In this document: positions 28,049-37,529 of the stretch, piece by piece | How positions within the stretch are numbered: position 1 is the first letter of the stretch | How the letters are laid out: the number at the start of each line of letters is the position of its first letter | Source: an uncultured Bacteroidales bacterium | GTDB lineage: Bacteria > Bacteroidota > Bacteroidia > Bacteroidales > UBA932 | Assembly (NCBI GenBank): GCA_947305815.1 | Contig: CAMZEI010000001.1 | Location: 1 to 50,951 of the forward strand | DNA length: 50,951 bases | Reading direction: 5' to 3' | Made by a program: the position numbers and the translations under genes | The notes under the pieces: model-generated | Database searches by the model: none | Seen by the model: only the letters and a program-made list of their open reading frames with translations | Told to the model about the DNA's origin: nothing

Positions 28049-29521
28049 TTGTCTGAAGGTCACTACATACAGGTACTCCTGCCCCTCCGTCTGGAGTGGA
28101 ATCCGTGGTATTATACTGCAAGCCCCGTCCCGGTGGGTGAGAGGGTGCGGGTGCGCTTCGGACGCGCCATCTACACCGGAGTAGTAATCGCTGTCTCGGA
28201 TGCTCCTGTCGGAGTAGATGCTTCGAAAGTGAAATCCACCGAATCTGCCGGGTCCGGACTGGAGCCGATACTGCCTTCCGAACTTGAGTTCTGGCGTTTC
28301 ATCGCTGATTATTATCTGTGCTCTCCGGGAGAGGTGTATAAATATGTATATCCAGCGGCTCGCGCTGAGGTGGAGCTCAAGAAGTCAAGACGACTTAAGG
28401 CCCCCCTGGATAAGGCTGCCGGGGCAGTTGTGACCTTCGATGCAGGGAAGCCCCTGCTGCTGCCGGAGACCGGAAGCGCCGTGGAGCTGCGACATCGCAC
28501 CGAGGAGGTCCTGGCTTCCGGGCGCGATGTCCTGGTGCTGTCGCCTGGCGCCGCAAAGGAGAGCTATGCAGAGGTGCGCGACCGCGCTGCCCTTGCGCGT
28601 TCGTCTGAGCCGTCCGTCATCGAGGGAGGGCGCTTTGATGTCTTCCTGCCGTTTACCAAGCTTGGACTCATAATCATTCATAATGAGGAGGATACCCGCT
28701 ACAAGCAGGCGTCAATTTCACCCCGCTACAACGCACGCGATGCCGCCCTTCAGCTCGCCCGCATTCACGGAGCCGCAGTCATCCTCACCAGCGATTCTCC
28801 ATCTCTGGAAACCATCCTTAACGTCCGCACCGGGAAATATAGTGGCGCGGTGAGCAAAACCTCGGGTTTTTGCTCACCAGACAAGGAAAAAGGTCGTCCC
28901 GTGAGCAAAAAGGGGTCGATTTGCACCCCGCACCGAACGACAATTATTGATACTTCCGCCGAGCTTCGCAAAAACGGGATGATAGGGAGCTTCTCCCGCA
29001 AGCTCCACGCTATGATGTCAGATGCATTCTCGCAGAAGGGCCGAGTGCTCCTGCTGCTTCCGTGGAAGGATACGGACGATATTGAGATTGAGGCTCGCCG
29101 CCATTTCCCGGAGGCCCGTACCAAACTGGTCGTTAAGCCATTGGGCTCAAAAATAGATTATGGCAAATTCGCGCTTGTGGCCCTACTGAGGGCCGAATAC
29201 CTCACCGGCAAGAGCGATTTCCGCGCTGACGAACGCTTCATAAGGCTCCTCGGCAGTCTCAGTCGCGAGTGTACTAATCTTGTTATCCAGACCGCATCTT
29301 CAGAGCACCCGGCGTTTACCCGCAGCCTTGAGGATCTGCTAGAAGAGCGCCGCACCCTCGGACTGCCGCCATTCACCCGTCTGGTCGAGCTACGTCGCCC
29401 CGGAGAAGCCCAACCCTTGCGGCAATGGTTCCTCCGCAAGGACTCCCACCTGCAGAGCGAAAAGAAAAAGATATCCGCCTCGGTGCCCCCTGGCTGCTAT
29501 CTCGATGTCGATCCCGTTTAG
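28049..29521 (+). CDS. priA: Reduced PriA-like primosomal protein with degenerate helicase motifs
   Basis: PriA N-terminus (VLLPL, GERVRVRFG, FWRFIADYYLCSPGEV), YKQ..SPRYNARDAA, DFRADER, LVIQT, PPFTRL and terminal LDVDPV. No Walker A or CxxC motifs seen. TTG start uncertain. Confidence 0.75.
   Translation: MSEGHYIQVLLPLRLEWNPWYYTASPVPVGERVRVRFGRAIYTGVVIAVSDAPVGVDASKVKSTESAGSGLEPILPSELEFWRFIADYYLCSPGEVYKYVYPAARAEVELKKSRRLKAPLDKAAGAVVTFDAGKPLLLPETGSAVELRHRTEEVLASGRDVLVLSPGAAKESYAEVRDRAALARSSEPSVIEGGRFDVFLPFTKLGLIIIHNEEDTRYKQASISPRYNARDAALQLARIHGAAVILTSDSPSLETILNVRTGKYSGAVSKTSGFCSPDKEKGRPVSKKGSICTPHRTTIIDTSAELRKNGMIGSFSRKLHAMMSDAFSQKGRVLLLLPWKDTDDIEIEARRHFPEARTKLVVKPLGSKIDYGKFALVALLRAEYLTGKSDFRADERFIRLLGSLSRECTNLVIQTASSEHPAFTRSLEDLLEERRTLGLPPFTRLVELRRPGEAQPLRQWFLRKDSHLQSEKKKISASVPPGCYLDVDPV
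28849..28928. repeat. Palindromic doublet inserted in-frame in priA
   Basis: GGTGAGCAAAA-cctcgggt-TTTTGCTCACC (28849-28878), followed by a decayed second copy GTGAGCAAAA-aggggtcg-ATTTGCAC starting at 28901. Confidence 0.75.
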
Positions 29522-29554
29522 CTGTTTTTCGCAAACCCCTGACTATCAGTAAAT

Positions 29555-29597
29555 TTCCAAAAACGCATAGGGTATTTTCCCTATGCGTTTTCTGGAA
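29555..29597. terminator. Strong hairpin between convergent priA and kbl; likely bidirectional terminator
   Basis: AAAACGCATAGGG-tatttt-CCCTATGCGTTTT 13-bp perfect stem, extendable by TTCCA/TGGAA. Confidence 0.75.
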
Positions 29598-29677
29598 TTA
29601 ATTGAACTCTAACTCTTTACAGAAAACGGGGAAATGGCAAGGAGTGCGTGGGCGTTGGGTTGGGATTGAATTGAATG

Positions 29678-29704
29678 GAGATTCCGGGTCAAGCCCGGAA
29701 TGAC
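29678..29704 (-). repeat. REP-like palindromic element, copy C
   Basis: Minus strand GTCATTCCGGGCTTGACCCGGAATCTC; its first G is the last base of the kbl TAG stop. Confidence 0.85.
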
Positions 29705-30891
29705 TATAGGACACCGAGGTCGTGCCCGACCTTGATGAAGGCGGCGATGCAGCGGTCAAGCTGCTCGCGTGTATGGGCGGCAGATATCTGCACGCGGATA
29801 CGCGCCTGTCCCTTAGGGACGACGGGATAGTAGAATCCAGTGACGAATATACCCTCCTTCGCCATTGCCGTGGCGAACTTCTGGCTCAGCGGAGCATCAT
29901 ATAGCATCACGGCGCAGATAGCGCTCTGCGTAGGCTTGATATCGAAGCCTGCAGCTATCATCTTCTCGCGGAAATAGAGCACGTTCTCCTGCTGACGGTC
30001 GTGCAGCTCGTTAGACTCAGAGAGCATCTTGAAGGTCTCCACACCTGCAGCGCAAATCATCGGAGGCAGGGAGTTGGAGAACAGGTACGGACGGCTCCTC
30101 TGACGGAGCATGTCGATAATCTCCTGACGGCCGGCGGTAAAACCGCCTACGGCGCCGCCAAAGCTCTTGCCGAGGGTGCCGGTGTGAATGTCAATGCGGC
30201 CGTACAGTCCGTAGAGCTCAGCCACGCCGCGACCGGTGGCTCCGACCACTCCGGCAGAGTGGCTCTCGTCCACCATCACGAGGGCATCGTACTTCTCCGC
30301 GAGCTCGCAGATCTTGTCCATCGGAGCGACATTGCCGTCCATGGAGAATACTCCGTCGGTGACGATAACGCGAAACCTCTGCGCCTGGGCACGCTTGAGG
30401 CAATCCTCCAGCTCTGCCATGTCGGCGTTGGCATAGCGGTAGCGCACTGCCTTGCAGAGACGCACGCCGTCAATTATCGAGGCATGGTTGAGAGCATCGG
30501 ATATGATGGCATCCTCTTCTGTCAGCAGGGGCTCAAACACACCCCCGTTGGCATCGAAGCAGGAAGCATAGAGTATGGCGTCATCCACATGGAAGAATTC
30601 CGCAACGGCCTTCTCCAGCTCGCGGTGCAGGTCCTGCTGTCCGCAGATGAAGCGCACGGAAGACATGCCGTAACCGCGCTCGTCCAGAGCCTTCTTGGCT
30701 GCTGCTATGAGCCTGGGGTTGTCGGAAAGGCCCAGATAGTTGTTGGCGCAGAAGTTGAGCGCCTTTGAGCCGTCTGCGAGAGTTATCTCCGCACCCTGGG
30801 CGGAGCAGATCATCCTTTCCCTCTTGTAGAGCCCGGCCTCGTCGATAGCCTTGAGCTCGGAGCTGAGGTGCTCCCTGAACTTACCGTACAT
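29704..30891 (-). CDS. kbl: Glycine C-acetyltransferase (2-amino-3-ketobutyrate CoA ligase)
   Basis: NFCANNYLGL, SVRFICG, SCFDANGG, DESH, GTLGKS, RQRSRPYLFSN and ARIRVQISAAH. Adjacent to threonine dehydrogenase. Confidence 0.96.
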   Translation of the reverse strand: MYGKFREHLSSELKAIDEAGLYKRERMICSAQGAEITLADGSKALNFCANNYLGLSDNPRLIAAAKKALDERGYGMSSVRFICGQQDLHRELEKAVAEFFHVDDAILYASCFDANGGVFEPLLTEEDAIISDALNHASIIDGVRLCKAVRYRYANADMAELEDCLKRAQAQRFRVIVTDGVFSMDGNVAPMDKICELAEKYDALVMVDESHSAGVVGATGRGVAELYGLYGRIDIHTGTLGKSFGGAVGGFTAGRQEIIDMLRQRSRPYLFSNSLPPMICAAGVETFKMLSESNELHDRQQENVLYFREKMIAAGFDIKPTQSAICAVMLYDAPLSQKFATAMAKEGIFVTGFYYPVVPKGQARIRVQISAAHTREQLDRCIAAFIKVGHDLGVL

Positions 30892-31840
30892 CGAATTTCT
30901 TTCTAAGATTAACAATCATGTCATGGACCATCTCTTCCAAGGTGAATCTCGGATGCCAGCCCCACTCCTTGCGGGCGCAGCTGTCGTCCATGCTGTCAGG
31001 CCAGCTGTCGGCAATATGCTGACGTACAGGATCAACAGCGTAGCGCACCTTCAGGTCGGGAATCTCCTTGCGTATGGCGGCGAACAGCTGCTCGGGCTCG
31101 AAACTCATGGAGGCGACGTTGAAGGAATTGCGGTGCTTGAAATAATTGGGCTTGGCCCTCATAATATCCACGGCGGCCTGCAGGGCATCGGGCATGTACA
31201 TCATGTCCATGTATGTACCCGCAGCTATGGGGCAGACATACTCCTCACCCTTGACCGCTGCGTAGAACACCTCAACCGCATAGTCAGTAGTTCCGCCTCC
31301 GGGAGGGGTCGTATAGGATATGAGCCCCGGGAAACGCACCGAACGCGTATCCACACCGTATTTGGTGAAATAATAGTCCGACAGCAGCTCGGTTGCCACC
31401 TTGGTCACACCGTACATGGATGTAGGCCTCTGGACTGTGTCCTGAGGGGTATTCTGCTTGGGTGTATTGGGACCGAAAGAGCCTATGGACGAAGGCGTAA
31501 ACACCGCACAGTGCTTCTGACGGGCAATCTCCAGGATATTGATAAGGCCGTTCATCTGTATGTCCCAGGCCTTGAGTGGAAGCCTCTCAGCGGTAGCGGA
31601 CAGCAGAGCTGCAAGATTGTAGATGGTATCTATGTCGTACTTGTCCACAATCTCCTCGATCTGCGCCGCATCACAGACATTGGCTACTTCGAAGGGGCCG
31701 CTGTCACGCAGCTTGCCAGTCGGTTCGGAGCCGGGGATGAATCCCGCAACGGTCACTCCGCCCGGGAGATCCCTGCGGAGCTTGAGTGTGAGTTCGGAGC
31801 CTATCTGGCCGGTCGAACCTATGACGAGTATGTTCTTCAA
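30881..31840 (-). CDS. SDR-type L-threonine 3-dehydrogenase (NAD-dependent epimerase/dehydratase family)
   Basis: GSTGQIG, AALLSATAE, YGVTK, PGGGTTDYAV and IADSWP. Coupled to kbl. TTG start at 31840. Confidence 0.9.
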   Translation of the reverse strand: MKNILVIGSTGQIGSELTLKLRRDLPGGVTVAGFIPGSEPTGKLRDSGPFEVANVCDAAQIEEIVDKYDIDTIYNLAALLSATAERLPLKAWDIQMNGLINILEIARQKHCAVFTPSSIGSFGPNTPKQNTPQDTVQRPTSMYGVTKVATELLSDYYFTKYGVDTRSVRFPGLISYTTPPGGGTTDYAVEVFYAAVKGEEYVCPIAAGTYMDMMYMPDALQAAVDIMRAKPNYFKHRNSFNVASMSFEPEQLFAAIRKEIPDLKVRYAVDPVRQHIADSWPDSMDDSCARKEWGWHPRFTLEEMVHDMIVNLRKKFDVR

Positions 31841-31842
31841 AA

Positions 31843-32505
31843 CTACTGTTTTCTGGTGAGGACCGCGTCCACCATACCGTAGGCTACGGCTTCCTCGGCA
31901 TTCATCCAATAATCACGGTCTGCATCTGCGAGGACCTTGTCGAAACTCTGGCCGCTGTGTGCAGCTATGATGCGGTAGAGCTCGTCGCGGGTCTTCTCGA
32001 CCTCGCGGGCGGCTATCATCACATCGGATGCCTGGCCCTGTACGCCTGTGAGCGGCTGATGTATCATCACCTTGGCGTGAGGCAGGCAGCTGCGCATACC
32101 CTTCTCGCCGGCGCACAGCAGCACGGCGCCCATGGAGGCGGCCATGCCGGTGCAGATAGTAGCGACCTTGGGAGCAATCAGCTGCATGGTATCGTATATA
32201 CCCAGACCTGCGCTGACGCTGCCGCCGGGGCTGTTGATGTAGATCTGTATCCCGGCCTTGGGGTCGGTGGACTCAAGAAACAGCAGCTGGGCCTGTATTA
32301 CATTGGCGACGGTGTCGTCGATGGGAGCTCCGAGGAAGATTATCCTGTCCATCATCAGACGGCTGAAAACATCCATCTGAGCGACGTTCAGGGGCCTTTC
32401 CTCGATAATCGTAGGGTTGATGTAGCCGACGGTCCTGCCGTAGGCCTCCAGGGCGGTGGAGCTGAGCCCCATGCCACGCACTGCATATTTCTCGAATTCA
32501 GTCAC
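31843..32505 (-). CDS. clpP: ATP-dependent Clp protease proteolytic subunit
   Basis: DVFSRLMMDRIIFLG, YINSPGGSV, GMAASMG and MIHQP. Confidence 0.97.
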   Translation of the reverse strand: MTEFEKYAVRGMGLSSTALEAYGRTVGYINPTIIEERPLNVAQMDVFSRLMMDRIIFLGAPIDDTVANVIQAQLLFLESTDPKAGIQIYINSPGGSVSAGLGIYDTMQLIAPKVATICTGMAASMGAVLLCAGEKGMRSCLPHAKVMIHQPLTGVQGQASDVMIAAREVEKTRDELYRIIAAHSGQSFDKVLADADRDYWMNAEEAVAYGMVDAVLTRKQ

Positions 32506-32517
32506 TGTCCGGCGGGA

Positions 32518-33507
32518 TTAAAGTTCGCGGAATTTCTCGGAAGTAATCTTCTTGGACTTGAGGGTAATCTCGCTGCGGATCTTGTCCATCACCTTGCGGT
32601 CTTCGACCTGCTCGATGAGCCTCTCGACCTGACGGCGGTCGGTAAGGACATTCTGAACGGATTCCTTGAGTATCTCGGCGGGGACATTGCCCATGCCGTA
32701 CATTGCATACTGGTATGCCACATAGGCCTCGGCGGCTTCCTGGACATCCTTGTCCTCAACCTTGAAGCCCCACTCCTTCATGAGAGTGCCGCGGACCATC
32801 TGCCAGCGGAAATCCTCTATGAAGCCGGGGAATTCCTTCTCCACGTCCTCAGCAGACACCTTACCCTCGTTGGCCTGCAGAAGCCACCTCTTGAGGAAGT
32901 CCTCGGGGAGCTCGACGGCAGCCTTCTTCACGAAGTAGTCGCGTATGTCCTTGCTGAGGCGCCACTCCGACTCCTGAGCATACTCGCTTGCGAGGCGTCC
33001 GGTGACCTCAGTCTCGATGTCCTCGGCGCTCTTCTCCTCCTTGCGGCCTTCGTAGAACTTCTTGAGGTTCTCGACCATTGCGGCCTTGTCCTTGGCGGAA
33101 GCGGAGATCTCGTACTTTACGACGGTGTCAGCCTTCTCCACAGCGACCTTCACCTCGGGCTGGAGGGCTATGTCAAATACGAACTTGAAGTCCTGACCGC
33201 TCTCCCAGGTATTCTCGGGCTGATTCTCCGAAGCGATGGGCTCGCCCAGAACCTTGAGCGAATTGGACTTGATATAATTGTCAAGGCCCTCGCTCACCAC
33301 ATGATTGACGGTGTCGGCAAGTATCTGATCGCCGTAGACCCTGCGTACGAGGGATTCGGGGACCATGCCTTTGCGGAAGCCCTTGAACTCCGCGTTCCTG
33401 CGGCGCTCGGCAACCTTCTTCTTCTCAATGGGTGCGTAATCCGCAGCCTCAATCTCCATTGTCAGCTCTATTGTAAGAGAGCCGGTCTTCTTGTCTGTAA
33501 TCTTCAT
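32518..33507 (-). CDS. tig: Trigger factor, shortened form
   Basis: Ribosome-binding GFRKGMVP motif, ELPEDFLKRWL C-domain, located upstream of clpP. 329 aa with no evident FKBP domain. Confidence 0.85.
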   Translation of the reverse strand: MKITDKKTGSLTIELTMEIEAADYAPIEKKKVAERRRNAEFKGFRKGMVPESLVRRVYGDQILADTVNHVVSEGLDNYIKSNSLKVLGEPIASENQPENTWESGQDFKFVFDIALQPEVKVAVEKADTVVKYEISASAKDKAAMVENLKKFYEGRKEEKSAEDIETEVTGRLASEYAQESEWRLSKDIRDYFVKKAAVELPEDFLKRWLLQANEGKVSAEDVEKEFPGFIEDFRWQMVRGTLMKEWGFKVEDKDVQEAAEAYVAYQYAMYGMGNVPAEILKESVQNVLTDRRQVERLIEQVEDRKVMDKIRSEITLKSKKITSEKFREL

Positions 33508-33511
33508 ATCT

Positions 33512-35530
33512 TTATTTGGTTGTTTTTTTGCGTTTGGGATAGGTCACCCTCTCGTGGTAGATGCGGGCCAGATAGGTCTTGAGTTCGTCCTTGACCAGTA
33601 TGAGATCCCTTATCGTAATGGCCGACTCATCCAGCTGGCCGTCCCTGAGCTTGGCGGAGACCATGTTCTCTACGAAACGGTCGTAAGCCTCGGGGGAATT
33701 GTCGGTAAGTGTCCTGGAAGCGGCTTCAATCGAATCGCAGAGCATCAGGATAACCTGCTCGCGGGTCTGCGGCTTGCGGCCGTTGTAGTGGAACTCAGCC
33801 TCGAGCGCAGGGTCGCCTCCCTCATTGAGGAACTTGGTGTAGAAGTATGCGGCGGCCGAGGTGCCGTGGTGGGTGAGGATGAAATCGCTGACGAGCGGCG
33901 GCAGCTTGTGCCTGTGCGCGAGCTCCATGCCGTCGTCCACATGTCTTATTATGTCATGCGCGCTCTGCAGGGGCGTAAGCTCCGAATGATATGTGCCGGC
34001 TTCACCGCCGAGCAGAGACTCGTTCTCCACGAAGCACTGGGGATTGTTCATCTTGCCGATGTCGTGGTACAGGGCTCCGGCACGCACGAGAAGCTCGTTT
34101 GCGCCTATTGCACGTGCGGCAGCATCTGCCATGTTCATCACCTGCAGCGAATGCTGGAAGGTACCGGGGGCCTTCTGCTCCAGCTCGCGGAGCAGGCTTG
34201 AAGAAGTATCGCTGAGCTCGTTAAGCCTGGAGTTGGAGATCAGGTTGAAAATCCTCTCGAAGAGGTAAATGAGAGGATAACCGGCAACTGCCAGCAGCGA
34301 AGAGAGCAGCAGCAGTATAAGGTCGCGGAAAGGTCCCGCCTCGGTATAGTCGATAAGACGGAAGCCGCAGTATATTATTGCAAGTGCAAGGAAAGTGAAG
34401 AGAGCCGTCAGGAACTGCTTCCATCCCCTGTTGAAATAAGCGAACGAGTATACCGCCACCAGGCCCGCCATCAGGAACATCACGAATAGCATGACTCCTC
34501 TGTCGGAAAATACCAGCAGCGGCAGCAGCGAGGCCGTATAAACCGAGAAAATCAGTCTGTTCTTGAAGAAAGCCTGCAGGAACAGGGCGCTCAGCGTAAA
34601 TGGCCACAGCATGACCATATCCCCATCCGTACGGCACAGCAGGATAGCCGCACCGGCGGTGAACAGATAGACAGTCATCACATACAGGAAGCGCCCGTCA
34701 CGGAACACTCCCCTGGTCGTGAAGAAGAGGGCGAAGAACAGAGCCATCACGAGCGTGAGGGCTATCAGTATGTTGCCCAGCCACTGCAGGGCCTTGGGGC
34801 CCTCGTAGCCGACGGTTGCCTCGTACTCCTTCTTGTAGGAATCGAGCATCTGGGATATCTCAGCCGTCACGATCTCGCCGCGGGAGACTATCAGCTGCCC
34901 CTCCTTGACATAACCGAGGGTGGGAGAAATGGTATTGTCTCCGGAATTGCGGACGAGCTCGGTGGTCTGAGCGTCATAGACGAGATTGGTCTCGATGATG
35001 TCATAGACGCCGGCAGCCTTGAGCAGCGAATCCGCGTCAACGCCTGCGTCCAGCGATGCAACCTCCGTGCGAAGGGCGGACTTCGCTTCGGACAGGCCCA
35101 TGACTTCGGACGCCGGATACTTCACCGCACGCTTGTCCTTCTGGACGTAGATGACTTCGGCACCTTCTCCCTTCACACCCTCGTCAGACACGATAAAGCG
35201 GGCGCAGATACCTTCAAGAGAGGATGCTACGCCGGCGCTTAAATAGGAGTGCTCACCCAGGTCGATGGAGCGCGCAGCCTGCAGCTCGCGGGCCACCGTC
35301 TCCGTGGAATATCTGTAGTAAGGGACAGTCTTCTGGGACTGTGCGAGGCTCTCCTCCATCATCTGCTCAGGAGTCTTGAGCAAGGGGAAGTCGAACTGCG
35401 CGACCAGGGTCTCATATTTCCAGGGCGCGCCTTTGCGATACTCGTAATCGAACTTGGCGGTCCTCGGCATGATAAGCACGAGGACAGCCATCACGGCCAC
35501 GAAGGGCAGTATGATACGCAGATTACGCAT
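33512..35530 (-). CDS. 7TM-HDIG phosphohydrolase (PgpH-like, putative c-di-AMP phosphodiesterase)
   Basis: Extracytoplasmic N-domain, multi-TM segment, APGTFQHS, YHDIGK, HHGT and DSIEAASR. Confidence 0.88.
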   Translation of the reverse strand: MRNLRIILPFVAVMAVLVLIMPRTAKFDYEYRKGAPWKYETLVAQFDFPLLKTPEQMMEESLAQSQKTVPYYRYSTETVARELQAARSIDLGEHSYLSAGVASSLEGICARFIVSDEGVKGEGAEVIYVQKDKRAVKYPASEVMGLSEAKSALRTEVASLDAGVDADSLLKAAGVYDIIETNLVYDAQTTELVRNSGDNTISPTLGYVKEGQLIVSRGEIVTAEISQMLDSYKKEYEATVGYEGPKALQWLGNILIALTLVMALFFALFFTTRGVFRDGRFLYVMTVYLFTAGAAILLCRTDGDMVMLWPFTLSALFLQAFFKNRLIFSVYTASLLPLLVFSDRGVMLFVMFLMAGLVAVYSFAYFNRGWKQFLTALFTFLALAIIYCGFRLIDYTEAGPFRDLILLLLSSLLAVAGYPLIYLFERIFNLISNSRLNELSDTSSSLLRELEQKAPGTFQHSLQVMNMADAAARAIGANELLVRAGALYHDIGKMNNPQCFVENESLLGGEAGTYHSELTPLQSAHDIIRHVDDGMELAHRHKLPPLVSDFILTHHGTSAAAYFYTKFLNEGGDPALEAEFHYNGRKPQTREQVILMLCDSIEAASRTLTDNSPEAYDRFVENMVSAKLRDGQLDESAITIRDLILVKDELKTYLARIYHERVTYPKRKKTTK

Positions 35531-37487
35531 CTATGTTGGCGTAGTGAGCGTTCTCTTCAATGAACTGCCTGCGAGGCGGGACATCGTCACCCATGAGCAT
35601 GGAGAAGGTCCTCTCAGCCTCAGCGGCATTGTCAATGGTGATCTGGCGCAGGCGCCTTCTGGAAGGATCCATGGTGGTCTCCCAGAGCTGGTGCTCGCTC
35701 ATCTCACCGAGACCCTTGTAGCGCTGCACGGTGTAACCCTTGTCACCTCCGCCGAAGCGCTTTGCGGCCTCCTCTCTCTGCTCGTCAGTCCAGCAATAGA
35801 CTTCCTCCTTGCCCTTCTTCACCAGATAGAGCGGCGGGGTTGCCAGATAGACATAGCCGTTCTTGATGAGGTCGAACATATAGCGGAAGAAGAAGGTCAG
35901 GATAAGGCAGGCGATATGGCTGCCGTCCACATCAGCATCGGTCATGATGATAACCTTGTGATAGCGGAGCTTGCTGAGGTCCATGTGCTTCTCGCCGCTT
36001 TCGTCCTCCTGCGCCACCGTGACGCCGAGGGCGGTGTAGATGTTCTGTATCTCCTGGCTGTCGAATGCGCGGTCGACCGCGGCCTTCTCGACATTGAGTA
36101 TCTTACCCCTCAGGGGAAGTATAGCCTGGTACTCGCGGTTGCGGCCCTGCTTGGCGGTCCCGCCTGCGGAGTCTCCCTCGACGAGGAAGAGCTCGCACTT
36201 CTCGGGATCGTTGTTGGAGCAGTCGGCCAGTTTGCCGGGCATGCCGCCGCCGGACATATAGGTCTTGCGCTGAACCATCTCGCGGGCCTTGCGGGCTGCG
36301 TTGCGGGCGGTTGCGGCGAGCACTATCTTGTCAATTATGAGCTTGGCGAGCTTGGGATGCTCCTCAAGGTAGATATCCATGGCGCCGGCAGTAGCCTGGG
36401 ACACCGCGGAAGTCACCTCGGGATTGCCGAGCTTGGTCTTGGTCTGGCCCTCGAACTGAGGCTCAGCCACCTTGACGGAGATGACGGCAGTGAGGCCCTC
36501 GCGGAAGTCCTCGGGAGCGAGGTCGCCCTTGTACTTCTCCAGAAGCTTGTTCTTCTCTGCATACTGCTTGAGCGAACGGCTGAGGCCCATCTTGAAGCCC
36601 TGGAGGTGCGTACCGCCCTCTATCGTGTGGATGTTGTTGACGTAGGAGTATATCTTCTCCTGATAGCCGTTGTTGTACTGCAGGGCTATGTCGATGGGGA
36701 TGACCTTATCGGTGGTGACGCTGATGGTCTCCGGGATGAGGGTCTCCGCACCGGCGTCGAGGTACTCGATGAACTCGGCAAGGCCCTTCTCCGAATAGAA
36801 GTGCTCGGAGCGGTGGCTGCCGTCCTCAAGGGTCTCACGCAGATCGGTAAGAGTGATGTGTATGCCCTTGTTGAGGAAGGCAAGCTCACGCAGACGCCCT
36901 GCGAGAGTGTCGTACTTGTACACTATCGACAGATTGAAGATGGTCGCATCCGGATGGAAAGTGATAATCGTCCCGTGGTCGTCGCAGGTACCGATTACTT
37001 CGACCTGCGAAGTGGGCACACCCTTGCTGTAGGTCTGACGGAATATCTTGCCCTCGCGATGGACTTCTGCAATCAGCAGGTCACTCAGTGCGTTGACGCA
37101 GCTGACGCCTACGCCGTGCAGACCGCCGGACACCTTGTAGCTGTCCTTGCTGAACTTACCTCCGGCGTGGAGGACGGTGAGCACGACCTCAAGGGCGCTG
37201 CGGTGCTCCTTGGGATGCATGCCGGTAGGGATACCGCGGCCGTTGTCGGACACCCTTATGGAGTTGTCCTCGAGTATCTGCACGTCAATGGTGTCGCAGA
37301 ATCCGGCCATTGCCTCGTCGATACTGTTGTCGACAACCTCATACACGAGGTGATGAAGTCCCCTCTCGGAGACGTCGCCGATGTACATCGAGGGCCTCTT
37401 GCGGACTGCTTCGAGTCCTTCGAGCACCTGGATACTGCCTGCGGAATACTGCTGTTCCGCCTTCTTCATCTCAACATTTTCTGCCAT
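35523..37487 (-). CDS. gyrB: DNA gyrase subunit B
   Basis: LEAVRKRPSMYIG, EVVDNSIDE, GGLHGVG, VEGDSAGG, PLRGKILN, DADVDG and YKGLGEM. Confidence 0.96.
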   Translation of the reverse strand: MAENVEMKKAEQQYSAGSIQVLEGLEAVRKRPSMYIGDVSERGLHHLVYEVVDNSIDEAMAGFCDTIDVQILEDNSIRVSDNGRGIPTGMHPKEHRSALEVVLTVLHAGGKFSKDSYKVSGGLHGVGVSCVNALSDLLIAEVHREGKIFRQTYSKGVPTSQVEVIGTCDDHGTIITFHPDATIFNLSIVYKYDTLAGRLRELAFLNKGIHITLTDLRETLEDGSHRSEHFYSEKGLAEFIEYLDAGAETLIPETISVTTDKVIPIDIALQYNNGYQEKIYSYVNNIHTIEGGTHLQGFKMGLSRSLKQYAEKNKLLEKYKGDLAPEDFREGLTAVISVKVAEPQFEGQTKTKLGNPEVTSAVSQATAGAMDIYLEEHPKLAKLIIDKIVLAATARNAARKAREMVQRKTYMSGGGMPGKLADCSNNDPEKCELFLVEGDSAGGTAKQGRNREYQAILPLRGKILNVEKAAVDRAFDSQEIQNIYTALGVTVAQEDESGEKHMDLSKLRYHKVIIMTDADVDGSHIACLILTFFFRYMFDLIKNGYVYLATPPLYLVKKGKEEVYCWTDEQREEAAKRFGGGDKGYTVQRYKGLGEMSEHQLWETTMDPSRRRLRQITIDNAAEAERTFSMLMGDDVPPRRQFIEENAHYANIDA

Positions 37488-37529
37488 CGTATTGTTGTAT
37501 TCTTAAATCTTGCGAATTTACTAAAAAAT

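Noticed and set aside
29704..30891. Possible serine palmitoyltransferase partnering the YghO-like GNAT
   Set aside because: Same PLP enzyme family, but SVRFICG and RQRSRPYLFSN motifs and coupling to threonine dehydrogenase identify it as kbl.
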